A program made the position numbers and the translations under genes. DNA of 64,000 nucleotides from the IMG/VR virus record IMGVR_UViG_3300037423_002564, one strand, 5' to 3'. The notes beneath the pieces are model-generated. The model was not told the DNA's origin. It made no database searches and saw nothing but the letters and a program-made list of their open reading frames with translations. Below, piece after piece: positions 44,401 through 53,286 of this stretch. The stretch's first letter is position 1, and every line of letters starts with the position of its first letter. This DNA is from a virus.

Positions 44401-46076
44401 CGGGCGCGGGCGTGGGGGTCGCCGCCCGATCGCAGCTCCGCCAGCGCGCCGTCGCCGGCCAGGCCATCGCGCGCAAGTACGTGGACGGCGTGGCCGCCGC
44501 GATGGGCGCGCGCGACCGCGCCGCTATCGAAACGTCGATTCGTTCCCAGCTCGACAACCTCGTAAACCTCGTCAAGACGCAGGTCCTGCCGGACGGCTAC
44601 GCGAACCCGTACCGCTTCTTCGTGCAGCCGGGGACGGTGCAGCTCAAGGCCGACTTCGTGGCCCAGCTCCTGGCCCTGCCCTTCGTGCCGGGCTTCACCT
44701 TGGGCCAGCTCCGCCAGGCGGAGACCGACCCGGAGCCCAAGGTGCGGCGCGACGCGCTCAAGGGCATGGTGGGCGTGCCGGCGGACCGCTCCTTGCGGGC
44801 CAAGCGCCGCTCGTTCGCGCTCTCGCGCAACCGCCAGAACTACCTGACGCGCATGGGGGAAGACCTCCAGCGCCACATTGACACGGCCACCCAGCCCGAC
44901 GTGAAGGCCCGGATGATGGACTTCATGGGCGAACTGAACGGCTGGGTGGACCAGGCCAAGACCACGGCCGAGGAGACCGTCGCGGACGTGGCCGACGACT
45001 TGCAGACGACCTTCACGGAGCTGGAAAATGCGGTCGACCCCAACGACGGCCAGACCGTCGCCGAGCAGGCGGAGGCGCTGGAGACCTTCGAGAGCGAGGG
45101 CCTCTTGCCGCTGACCGAGGTGGCGCCGTCGGAGGCCGCGGCCGTGACGGCCAAGGTGACGACGTTGTCCACCGCCAACGCCACGCCGGCGCGCCCGGCC
45201 GCGGCGGAGCGGCTGGTGATCACGAACCTGTTCACCAACGACTTCAACGACTTCCGCAAGACGGGCATCGCGGTAGGCTTGGATGTCTTCGACGCGGACG
45301 TCACGGACCCCAGCAACCGCTCGCGTCTGGCCTCCTTGTACCTCACGGACCTGGAGGACAACATCGTCTTGGGGCTCAACCTCAAGGGCTCGAAGGCCGG
45401 CACGTTCAGCGGAGAGCGCTACAACCAGTTCATCCTGACGACCGTGCAGGAGAGCTACGCCGACAAGTTCCAGGTCCAGGACACGCTGGGCGAGGGCTGG
45501 CTGGCGAGCGCCTTCGGCGAGCGGCCGGAGATCTGGAGCTTCTCGGGCGTGCTGATCAACGACGCCTACAGCGATCAGGTCTCCAAGTTCCGCGAGCTGT
45601 GGACCAACTTCATCCGCATCACCAAGCTCGCCAAGGGCAAGCGCAAGATGGCGATGGACGTGCCGGCGGCCGGCGTCCTGGTGGTGGGCTTCCCCATCAA
45701 CCTGACCTTGACCACCGACGCCAACCAGAACGAGAAGGTGGTGCCCTTCAGCATGCAGGTGCTGGTGAGCCGGGTGTACCGCAAGCCGCTGATCAACCTG
45801 GTCGACGTGGCGGAGCAGGCCATCCCGGCGGCCATCAGCAACATCCCGGCGGGCGGCAACCTCCAGCGGGCCACGGAGAGCGGCCAGGCGGACAAGGACC
45901 TGGCGGCCACCAAGCTCCAGCAGGAGTCGTTGGTCCACAAGCTCCAGATGGACGCCAAGAACGCGGTCGCCCCCGCGGCCAAGGCCGCCGCCGCCGCGCG
46001 CCTGGCCGACCCGACCGAGGCGCTGCGGCGCACCACCCAGACCATCCTGCAACGCAAGCTGCCGTTCCCGCTCTAA
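41442..46076 (+). CDS. Large tail/baseplate structural protein
   Basis: 1544 aa; beta-rich repeats; C-terminal FILTTVQES..FGERPEIWSFSGVL..VPFSMQVLV resembles tube/baseplate-initiator-type folds (tentative). Confidence 0.6.
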   Translation: MTIIPGSDLANQLDAEHASDRTRSEARYVLLKLRLAYAKNRTLAIPPTTGGTLTALKEITHTGDGGGVFSAVVKEDTVIPGGTAAELRFMAAVGLPVADGTDAKLVVPPSGPVLLNASQLPDAPDDQVDAGHVWVRLKQRVGGSDPSTGVQIVTKTGQGADAHLEAKVNELTVQAVTAGGQIGYQPAVEWPVMSSLNATAQIANVGLQRAHTLVDPVRTFTGLVTVGDFVQLVANGNTTDPSVAGKFFRVEAVGTGTLQLSLAPYTRMPDGTYAAQALEAANYSSPYDFKVVRVQTEAVFLRHASQTFAGIKAGDYLHARWTDTLTAQTFDKVFVVSAVPAPGLLLLDVVVYAAGKAPYGGAMTVTPGDYFLESAVYSLTRAPGNLSYFRLTSVGALFTQRVKVGDYVRFIARTGILDATAGPGPIVGSPSYYRVATVASDDVVTFAPTKYKQVLRDPADPASGEFQPEGASFYQDVDTFVDFEVYAVAASYPHATVWKVTGIARQAGTVTSYALARALYDGYGGINGAFTVHAGVVPVITDHYDVELIQTFPDQLVLYHPTGDLSRLHAFTSTQADYIKTTARTSAPVTQAPATTVGIYAVAAVPRKDVAFLTPVRLAGSKPKYQVDAPFPATPFADACDYTAVRVSGEYRAVSFTLTSGTAEVGDFMKLDQGPPEARGYWKVTAVAGQTLTLDPKNRYDRLVTEVFEAVPLDAQDVTTLDLQAAVGFYRKSDRTSTLTLERAGTSFNGLPTLLDVPGPNSVIDHGAVVTVYTGPANARVTQHFLVTIATATKLFLSPVPLTVDANGTYKMGSAALSVAQVLPADFVVYQATSLFTDASDKLTYLRDHVIGTARLASLDATFGLLTQSKDPADMQAVADAAVRQAAKLVAGNYQFPVPAEPPINAVTLTPDAIASGLNDASFTQARDAGYDVLVSYPNYQIAVAFATAVDFQGYFDTKTLSEMKDAFVEAELLSRGYADWLAFIGAGAGVGVAARSQLRQRAVAGQAIARKYVDGVAAAMGARDRAAIETSIRSQLDNLVNLVKTQVLPDGYANPYRFFVQPGTVQLKADFVAQLLALPFVPGFTLGQLRQAETDPEPKVRRDALKGMVGVPADRSLRAKRRSFALSRNRQNYLTRMGEDLQRHIDTATQPDVKARMMDFMGELNGWVDQAKTTAEETVADVADDLQTTFTELENAVDPNDGQTVAEQAEALETFESEGLLPLTEVAPSEAAAVTAKVTTLSTANATPARPAAAERLVITNLFTNDFNDFRKTGIAVGLDVFDADVTDPSNRSRLASLYLTDLEDNIVLGLNLKGSKAGTFSGERYNQFILTTVQESYADKFQVQDTLGEGWLASAFGERPEIWSFSGVLINDAYSDQVSKFRELWTNFIRITKLAKGKRKMAMDVPAAGVLVVGFPINLTLTTDANQNEKVVPFSMQVLVSRVYRKPLINLVDVAEQAIPAAISNIPAGGNLQRATESGQADKDLAATKLQQESLVHKLQMDAKNAVAPAAKAAAAARLADPTEALRRTTQTILQRKLPFPL

Positions 46077-46085
46077 GGAGACCCC

Positions 46086-47543
46086 ATGGCACTCACCATC
46101 CAGTTCGGTTCGTGGACCAGCAGCCCGACCCAGGCCAGCGTGAGCTGGCAGGTGCAGGACCTCCAGGCGGACGGCATCGCCCAGGTCGAGGTGGCGATCG
46201 CCAAGGAGGGCGACCCCTTCGTGTACACCGTGGCGCCCGGCGCCAACGGCACGCTGACGCTGCCCACGGACCAGTACCAGGGCGACGTCATCGCGAGCGT
46301 GCGCGCCACCGACTTCTCGGCCCAGACCGTGACGGGCGAGAGCAGCGTGACGGTCGACAACTTCGTCGCCCCGCTGCCGGCGACCTGGCTGCGCTACGAG
46401 AACCCGCAGCCCTTCAGCCTGCGCTTCGAGTGGGACGCCCTGGCGCTCTCGCCGGCCAACGCGGCCTGGCGCATCGTCAACCTCAAGCGCGACAACACGG
46501 AGGTGGTGCTGGCGGAGGTGCCGGTGGCCGACCGCACGGCGCTCGTGGCGACGCCCCTGGTGGACCTGTACCAGGTGCGCATCTACGGCGTCGACGCCTA
46601 CGGCAACCTGTCGGCGCCGAGCCCCACCTTGCACTTCGCCCTGGGCGGCGACGGCCCGGGCATCACGCTCCAGCCCTGGGTGATCAGCTCCAACGCGGCG
46701 CTCATCCGCTGGGTGGCGCGCTCCGACCAGTTCATCACGGCCGTCAACTGGCGCTTGGAGGACGATCGCGGCATGGTGCTGACCGGCACGGGCCTGCCCA
46801 TCGGCGAGGCCAGCATCCCGGTGGACGGCTACCAGGGCACGGTGCGCTTCTACCTCACGGTCTCGGACGCGCTGGACCGCAGCTCGACCGCGAGCAGCCA
46901 GGCGGGCGTCTACAACGTGGCCCCGCCGGCGCCCCTCGTCATCATCGAGGAGGTGGGCATCCACTTCGTGCGCGTGCGCGTGCTGCCGGCGGAGCCCGGG
47001 CCCGTCGAGGTGCCCGTGACGCTCGCGAACATCTTCGGGCCGGGCGGCGAGGTCTTCGAGCCGCTGCCCTTCGTCCACACCTTCAGCGGCCTGACGCAGG
47101 CCACCAGCTACGCCTTCGCCGCCCGCCTGATGACGCCCTCGGGCTTCAAGGGCGCGCAGAGCGAGACGGTGACGGCGAGCACCCTGGTCGACCCCAACTA
47201 CGTGCCGCCGGAGCTGCCCGGCTACACCGGCGGGCCGTTCCTGCCGCGCATCCAGGCGCTGTTGACCGAGCCCGTGCGCCACTTCGTGCTCCAGATGTTC
47301 GTCGACACGCGCCTGCGCGCGCCCACCGCCGCGCAGCTCGTGAGCGCGCCGCCGGGCTTCGACGCCGTGCTAGAATTGTTCACCGCCGTGGGCCCCTTCC
47401 TGGGGGACATCCTGCGCCGCGAGACCGCGGACGAGGAGACCCACCAGGCCGCCCTGCTGATCGACGCGCTCGCGGATCCGCTCGCCAAGTGCGCCGTGCT
47501 GTGCGAGCGGGTGGAGTTCGGCTTCATCTTTAACCAAGGGTAG
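46086..47543 (+). CDS. FN3-repeat structural protein
   Basis: Repeated beta-sandwich motifs, e.g. FSGLTQATSYAFAARL..SETVTAST. Confidence 0.65.
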   Translation: MALTIQFGSWTSSPTQASVSWQVQDLQADGIAQVEVAIAKEGDPFVYTVAPGANGTLTLPTDQYQGDVIASVRATDFSAQTVTGESSVTVDNFVAPLPATWLRYENPQPFSLRFEWDALALSPANAAWRIVNLKRDNTEVVLAEVPVADRTALVATPLVDLYQVRIYGVDAYGNLSAPSPTLHFALGGDGPGITLQPWVISSNAALIRWVARSDQFITAVNWRLEDDRGMVLTGTGLPIGEASIPVDGYQGTVRFYLTVSDALDRSSTASSQAGVYNVAPPAPLVIIEEVGIHFVRVRVLPAEPGPVEVPVTLANIFGPGGEVFEPLPFVHTFSGLTQATSYAFAARLMTPSGFKGAQSETVTASTLVDPNYVPPELPGYTGGPFLPRIQALLTEPVRHFVLQMFVDTRLRAPTAAQLVSAPPGFDAVLELFTAVGPFLGDILRRETADEETHQAALLIDALADPLAKCAVLCERVEFGFIFNQG

Positions 47544-47563
47544 TACCGACCGACCGAAGGGCC
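47539..47563 (+). promoter_or_regulatory. Operator array
   Basis: GGTAGTACC GACCGACC GAAGGGCC filling the gap between two CDS. Confidence 0.6.
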
Positions 47564-47567
47564 CTCC

Positions 47568-50500
47568 GTGAGCAGCGCACAACCCAACAACGTCGCCATC
47601 AACCTCGAAGGCCGCATGGCCCTGTACGTGGAGGGCGTGCGCTGCCCCTTCACGGAGGTGCAGCTCGTCACCGAAGACGGCATGATCCCGCGCATCGTCT
47701 TCACCATCCCGCCCAGCCCGACGATGCGGGATCTGCCGCGGCGCGCGCGCCTGCACTTCATCGTGCGCGAGCTGGTGAAAGACGAGTGGATCGTGATGTT
47801 CGAGGGCGAGGTGATGAGCCGCGGCTTCCGCAAGACGCCGCAGAGCCGCGACCTGACCTTCATGGGCTACCACGTGGCCGGCCACCTCGACCAGTACGCC
47901 ATCAGCGCGCTCGATCCCACCGCCAAGACCCAGGCCACGATGCAGGCGGCCCCGGAGTTCCGCACCGCGAGCCTGGCGTCGGTCAACGGCACGATGCTCG
48001 CGCTGTTCAACCCCACCGTGATCGCGGCCCTCGTGGGCACCGACCCGGACAAGCTCACCTACCCCGACTTCATCCAGGGCGCGCGCCAGCGTTACGAGCA
48101 GGTCGTGGAGAAGAGCCGCATCGCGGAAGCCTACCCGCACGAGGCCGTGAAGTTCCACCGCATCTTCGACCGCATGAAGGGCGCGCTGCCCGACAAGGAC
48201 CTGTTCGACTGGGACGAGTTCTACTCCAAGCTCATGATCCAGGTCTTCAACTTCGGCACCCAGACGGTGGGCGGGCGCGTGACCTTCTTCGAGTTCCTGC
48301 GCCATATGAGCCAGTTCTTCCTGCACCAGGTCAGCGTGCTGCCAAACGCGGAGCACTGGACCAAGCAGATCCAGGTCCGCCCCAACACGTTCTTCCACCC
48401 CATCCCGCGCTGCAACATCATCTACAGCTCGCTCTCGGAGGAGTACGCCTACGAGGAGAACTACGAGACCAAGCCCACGCGCCTGGAGGCCCACTTCCTG
48501 CCCCTGGGCACGGCGCCGGGCCAGAACATGAGCGCGGTGGCGCGCTTCACCACGGTCTACGCGCCCAACGAGCTGCAAGAGAGCTGGAAGCGCATCACCG
48601 ACGCCCTCGACGAGGGCGGCACCACCGTGGACGCCACGATGGACGAGGACAAGGACGGCAAGCCCATCGTCAACGCGCCCAAGGACGGCATCAAGTTCCT
48701 GACGCGCGAGGAGGAGCAGCGCGGCATCATCGGCGCGTACTACGACATCCCGCAGACGCTCCAGCACGCCATCATGAGCCTGGTCGAGCACCCGGCGGGC
48801 GCCCAGGAGTCGAGCCCCATGCGCCAGGTCGACCCGGCCAAGGCGTCGGAGCACGGCCAGAAGGTGCTCAAGGGCACCGCGGAGGTCGACCGCATCGAGA
48901 AGTACCGCGCCTTCTTGTGCATGGCCCTGGGCGACGGTGGCGGCATCAAGCCGGGGCGCTTCGGCGCCAAGCAGCCCTTCGAGGACTACCGCCGGCCGGG
49001 CCAGTTGCTGCACATCCTGACGGGCTCCAACGACAGCCGCTTCGGCAAGGTGCCCAAGATCGTGCCGCGCCGCCTCACGGTGGTGCCCCTGAACCTCACG
49101 CCGCACTACGTCGAGAACACGCAGAAGGCGGGCTTCAAGCACCCCGACAACAAGAGCCCCTTCATCGGCTCGGGGGTGAACTACTTCGTGGACGCCAACG
49201 GCAACCTGCTCCAGGTGCTGCCCCGGCGGGCGCACCTGTTCACCCAGCCGTCCGCCGTGCCCTTCGGCATGGTGGTCTCGGGCGTGGCGGAGGACGAGCT
49301 GGCGGAGATCAACACGGGCATGTTGTCGCTCAACCAGAAGCGCACGGAGGCCACCGACACGCCCTTCTTCGTGGGCACCGTGACGCGCACGCCGTTCACG
49401 GAGAACGACCTGGGCAACAAGGTCCAGTACTGGCCGCCGGAGCTGACGGCCGCGGGCATCCCCAACCCGGACGCCGGCTTCGGCCAGCCGCTGGGCGAGT
49501 TCTACTTCGACGAGCGCGTGGGCGTCGGCGACCCCACGCTCAAGGGCACGGCCGTGTTCGGCGCGGCCGACTTCGCCAAGATCGAGAAGAACCGCAGCGA
49601 GTTCACCATCAGCAGCTACACCGGCGCCTTCAACTACATCGGGCAGCGCGACCAGAAGGCCACCATCGTCGACGCCCGCGCGATCGCGGTCGCCGGCAAC
49701 AAGGCGGTCTACTGGATCAAGCTCAACCGCGCGATCGTGGCGCCGCTCGCCAAGCACCGCGTGCTGATCCAGAACAAGAGCCACGAGGGCAAGCAGGTCG
49801 CCCCCAACAAGCCCTGGGTGCTCATCCCGCCCTCGAAGCGCGGCGAGGCCAAGGCCGGGCCCAAGGTGCCGGTCAGCGTGACCTCGCTCAAGTCCATCAC
49901 GGCCAAGTCCAGCATCAGCAACCCCGACCAGACGTCGGGCGGCAACCACTTCAACTTCGCGGTGGGCGTGGAGACGCGCGACGGCCGCATCACGCCCAAG
50001 GCGGAGGCCACGCTCGCCTGGCTCTCGGCGGTGGTGATGGAGCTGACGGCGGAGCACGTCGGCACGCTCAAGGCGCCCGTGCCCAACCAGGCCCAGCGCC
50101 AGCCCAAGCTGGGGGCCGGCGCGCTCTTCGAGATCGCCGACTACTACCATGCCGCGAGCGGCTACCGGCGCCTGGCCGCGGGCACCATGGACCGCGTCAG
50201 GGCCAAGGCCCAGCAGCTCGCGAGCCAGCTCTACAAGGACTTCAACGTCTTCGACAAGGAGCTGACGGACGGCCAGCTCCAGAGCCTGACCGACATCACC
50301 TTGACGGAGAACACCGGGCCGGGCACCTTCACCCAGATCCCCGGCGACATCAGCAACCAGACCGACACGGGCGCGGGCGCGGACGCCGCGGCCAGCTCCG
50401 CCGCCGGCGCCAGCAGCGCCTTCACGGAGGGCGTGCAGGTGACGCTCGACAAGAAGATGCTCGACAACTTCGTCGACCACTACATCGCGGCCATCGTGAA

Positions 50501-51443
50501 CTACGAGTACTACAACCTGCGCTACGCCGCCCAGGGCTTCTCCGCCCAGACGGTCTTCAACCCCTACGCGGTGGTGGGCTACCCGTGCCTGCTCCTGGAC
50601 AACTCCGACGCCAAGTACCACCTGGTGGGCTTCCTGCACTCGACCGCCCACATCTTCCACGGCGACGGCCAGGCGTACACCAGCATGACCTACAGCCATG
50701 TGCGCAACGCGCGCTGGGAGAAGCTGCTGCCCTACTCCAAGGGGGTGGACCAGTACTTCCTCTTCCGCGACGTCAAGCCCTGGCGTGACGGCGAGGCGTA
50801 CCGCAACGAGTACCACGCCCGCCTCAAGGCGCTCAACCCGCCGGCCTTCATCGGTGCCGACGATCCGCGCAGCTTCATCCCCTGGGAGCTGATGGACTAC
50901 CGCTCGAAAGCCACCCCGCCCTTCATGTACTCGGGCGGCTTCGGCTTCGACAAGGACATGAAGCGCGACTTCAAGGCCCTCGCGGCCTACGTGGGCTACG
51001 TGGACGGCGCGAGCGTGGCGACCGACCTCGAAGCCGCCAACCAGTTCGTGTACGCCGACGACCCCTTGGTCAACTTCGCGGACGACGCCGCCGGCGAGGG
51101 CGAAGGGTTGTCCGGCACGGCCGCGACCAACGAGGACATCGACGCGCGCCGCGCCTTGGAGCTGATCTACCGCAAGGTGCAGAAGATCGACCAGCTCGAC
51201 CCGGAGAAGAGCCAGGCGTCCCTGGTGGCCTTCGTGCATGGCGAGACCCGCCACTACGACGATCCGCCCATCAACATCGACGTCTACCAGGCCACCCCGG
51301 AGATCGGCAAGGACGGCTTCCCCGTGCGCAAGATCAAGGACGACGGCACGGTGGACGGGGCGATCGCCTGGCAGACGGACATCCAGAACCGCGTGTACGC
51401 CCATCTGGATCTGGTCCGCCAGCGCACCGCCATCCGCGGATAG
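47568..51443 (+). CDS. Baseplate hub-like protein with internal amidase/PGRP-like segment
   Basis: N-terminal LYVEGVRCPFTEVQL..FTIPP..VMFEGEV hub-like strands; internal GVNYFVDANGNLLQVLP..FAVGVET. Confidence 0.6.
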   Translation: MSSAQPNNVAINLEGRMALYVEGVRCPFTEVQLVTEDGMIPRIVFTIPPSPTMRDLPRRARLHFIVRELVKDEWIVMFEGEVMSRGFRKTPQSRDLTFMGYHVAGHLDQYAISALDPTAKTQATMQAAPEFRTASLASVNGTMLALFNPTVIAALVGTDPDKLTYPDFIQGARQRYEQVVEKSRIAEAYPHEAVKFHRIFDRMKGALPDKDLFDWDEFYSKLMIQVFNFGTQTVGGRVTFFEFLRHMSQFFLHQVSVLPNAEHWTKQIQVRPNTFFHPIPRCNIIYSSLSEEYAYEENYETKPTRLEAHFLPLGTAPGQNMSAVARFTTVYAPNELQESWKRITDALDEGGTTVDATMDEDKDGKPIVNAPKDGIKFLTREEEQRGIIGAYYDIPQTLQHAIMSLVEHPAGAQESSPMRQVDPAKASEHGQKVLKGTAEVDRIEKYRAFLCMALGDGGGIKPGRFGAKQPFEDYRRPGQLLHILTGSNDSRFGKVPKIVPRRLTVVPLNLTPHYVENTQKAGFKHPDNKSPFIGSGVNYFVDANGNLLQVLPRRAHLFTQPSAVPFGMVVSGVAEDELAEINTGMLSLNQKRTEATDTPFFVGTVTRTPFTENDLGNKVQYWPPELTAAGIPNPDAGFGQPLGEFYFDERVGVGDPTLKGTAVFGAADFAKIEKNRSEFTISSYTGAFNYIGQRDQKATIVDARAIAVAGNKAVYWIKLNRAIVAPLAKHRVLIQNKSHEGKQVAPNKPWVLIPPSKRGEAKAGPKVPVSVTSLKSITAKSSISNPDQTSGGNHFNFAVGVETRDGRITPKAEATLAWLSAVVMELTAEHVGTLKAPVPNQAQRQPKLGAGALFEIADYYHAASGYRRLAAGTMDRVRAKAQQLASQLYKDFNVFDKELTDGQLQSLTDITLTENTGPGTFTQIPGDISNQTDTGAGADAAASSAAGASSAFTEGVQVTLDKKMLDNFVDHYIAAIVNYEYYNLRYAAQGFSAQTVFNPYAVVGYPCLLLDNSDAKYHLVGFLHSTAHIFHGDGQAYTSMTYSHVRNARWEKLLPYSKGVDQYFLFRDVKPWRDGEAYRNEYHARLKALNPPAFIGADDPRSFIPWELMDYRSKATPPFMYSGGFGFDKDMKRDFKALAAYVGYVDGASVATDLEAANQFVYADDPLVNFADDAAGEGEGLSGTAATNEDIDARRALELIYRKVQKIDQLDPEKSQASLVAFVHGETRHYDDPPINIDVYQATPEIGKDGFPVRKIKDDGTVDGAIAWQTDIQNRVYAHLDLVRQRTAIRG

Positions 51444-51445
51444 GC

Positions 51446-51482
51446 CGAGGCCCCGGACGCATGGTCCGGGGCCTCGATCTTT
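51446..51482 (+). terminator. Intrinsic terminator ending the tail operon
   Basis: 13-bp stem CGAGGCCCCGGAC-GCATG-GTCCGGGGCCTCG followed by ATCTTT. Confidence 0.75.
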
Positions 51483-51564
51483 GCGCGCCCGTGCCAGATG
51501 GTTCACACGCTTCGCAGACCGCTTGCGCAGTCGATACCCCAGGTTAACATGCCGCGGGCCCTGC

Positions 51565-51621
51565 TGGCAAGCCCCCGCCCGGCGGCTTATAATGGGGATA
51601 GATTGGTAGTACCGAACGACC
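51565..51621 (+). promoter_or_regulatory. Promoter (TGGCAA-N17-TATAAT) plus operator
   Basis: TATAAT 51588-51593; GGTAGTACC GAACGACC 51605-51621; GGAGG RBS before ATG 51634. Confidence 0.7.
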
Positions 51622-51633
51622 ATTGGAGGCCGC

Positions 51634-52569
51634 ATGCACGACCCGTATTCCGCGTACCTCGCCAGCAAGCAGGCCGACGACAACGGCTTCGGGACCGCCC
51701 TGATGGCGGGCGGCGCGGGGGCGGCGGCGGGCTACGCCGCGAGCAAGATGGCGCCCCCGGCGGCGGCTGCCGCGCCCGCGGCCGAGGCGGCCGGCAGCCG
51801 GGCGGGCAACATCGTGAAGGCGGTGGCCCGCCAGGCCGTGCCGGTGGCGGTGAGCCTGCTGGCCCGCCGCATGGCGAAGGCTCCCAGCCTGGGGGCGACC
51901 GCGCCGAAGGGCGTGGTGCAGACCGGCGCGGCGCCGGCGATGCACGCGGGCCAGGTGCAGATGCACGGCGCCCCCCAGCCCATCGGCCCGCTCAAGATGG
52001 CGGCGCAGCTCGTGCATGACGCCATCGTCGAGGCGCTCGCCAAGGAGGCCGGCCAGCTCGATGCCGACCACCCCGACGTGGGCGCGTTCCTCGCGGCGAT
52101 CGTCGGCGAGATGAAGGTGGCCGCCACGGAGCTGGTGGTGGAGGCCCCGCTCTGGGAGAAGGCCGCGTCGGTGGACGGCGTGAGCGTGCTGATGGACGCT
52201 TGCGACTTCCTGGAGATCGCCTATGCCGGCCTGGGCAAGAGCGCGAGCCGTGCGCTCGCCACCAGCCAGATGGCGGGCAACGTCGGCCAGGCCGCGATGC
52301 AGAACTGGGGCAACATCGAGAGTATGAACCTGCCGGAGGGCCAGGAGGACGCGGCCGAGCGCCAGCACCTCGTGACCGGCGAGGACCCCGATCGCGGCCA
52401 GCGCTACAACCAGACGCGGGCCACCGTCGGGGCGGCCGTGGGCGCGACGGCGGGTTACGGCCTGGGTGTGGCCGCGGAGCGGGCGCTGGGGGCGGCGGCG
52501 CCGAAGGGCGTGCTGCCGGCCATGGGCGTGCTCGCTGGCGGCTACATGGGGCACGAGACCGGGCGCTAG
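51634..52569 (+). CDS. Putative internal virion protein (leader motif, glycine zippers)
   Basis: MHDPYSAYLASKQA; Gly/Ala hydrophobic segments; internal KEA, KAA, KSA. Confidence 0.6.
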   Translation: MHDPYSAYLASKQADDNGFGTALMAGGAGAAAGYAASKMAPPAAAAAPAAEAAGSRAGNIVKAVARQAVPVAVSLLARRMAKAPSLGATAPKGVVQTGAAPAMHAGQVQMHGAPQPIGPLKMAAQLVHDAIVEALAKEAGQLDADHPDVGAFLAAIVGEMKVAATELVVEAPLWEKAASVDGVSVLMDACDFLEIAYAGLGKSASRALATSQMAGNVGQAAMQNWGNIESMNLPEGQEDAAERQHLVTGEDPDRGQRYNQTRATVGAAVGATAGYGLGVAAERALGAAAPKGVLPAMGVLAGGYMGHETGR

Positions 52570-53277
52570 ATGGCGATCGAGCAGTGGCATGCGTGGAACT
52601 CCAACGGGCGGCGTCCAGATGATCTGGCGCCGCTCATGACCGCGTTCAAGCCCCTGATCGACCACGAGGTCCACCGCTGGAGCGCCAGCGGCCTGCCGAA
52701 GCTGGTGCTGGAGGCCGAAGCCAAGCGCCACGCCCTGGGGGCCTTCCAGACCTACAACCCGGAGCGGGGCTCCTTGCAGACCCACCTCATGAACCGGCTC
52801 AAGGGCATGAACACCTTCGTCAACACCTACCGCGCCGACGTGCGCATGTCCAACGAGCGCACGCTTCTGGCCGACAAGCTGACCCGCGCGCGCGAGGAGC
52901 TGAAGCTCGCCCTGGGCCGGGATGCCACCGACCCTGAGCTGGCCCGCCACATCGGCGTGGGGCAGACCACCATCGGCAAGCTGCACCGCTACCAGACGGC
53001 GCTCTACAGCCGCGCGGAGGAGGCGGGCTTCAACCAGCCGGCGCGCGAGGACCTGACGCACAGCCAGATCGTGGCCGACTTCCTGGTGCATGACCTGTCG
53101 GGGCCGCACCGGCTGGTCTTCGAGCACACCACCGGCTACGGCGGCAAGCCCATCCTGACCCCGGGCGAGCTGGCGAAGAAGCTGGGCGTGAGCCCCGGGC
53201 GCATCTCGCAGCTCAAGACCGACATCGCGGAGAAGGCGCGCGGCTACAACCGCGCCGTCGACTCCTTGCTGAACTAG
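52570..53277 (+). CDS. sigma70-family RNA polymerase sigma factor
   Basis: Region 2 (AFKPLIDHEV..AFQTYNPERGSLQTHL), region 3 (LGRDATDPELARHIG), region 4 HTH (TPGELAKKLGVSPGRISQL). Confidence 0.88.
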   Translation: MAIEQWHAWNSNGRRPDDLAPLMTAFKPLIDHEVHRWSASGLPKLVLEAEAKRHALGAFQTYNPERGSLQTHLMNRLKGMNTFVNTYRADVRMSNERTLLADKLTRAREELKLALGRDATDPELARHIGVGQTTIGKLHRYQTALYSRAEEAGFNQPAREDLTHSQIVADFLVHDLSGPHRLVFEHTTGYGGKPILTPGELAKKLGVSPGRISQLKTDIAEKARGYNRAVDSLLN

Positions 53278-53286
53278 GAGGATCCC

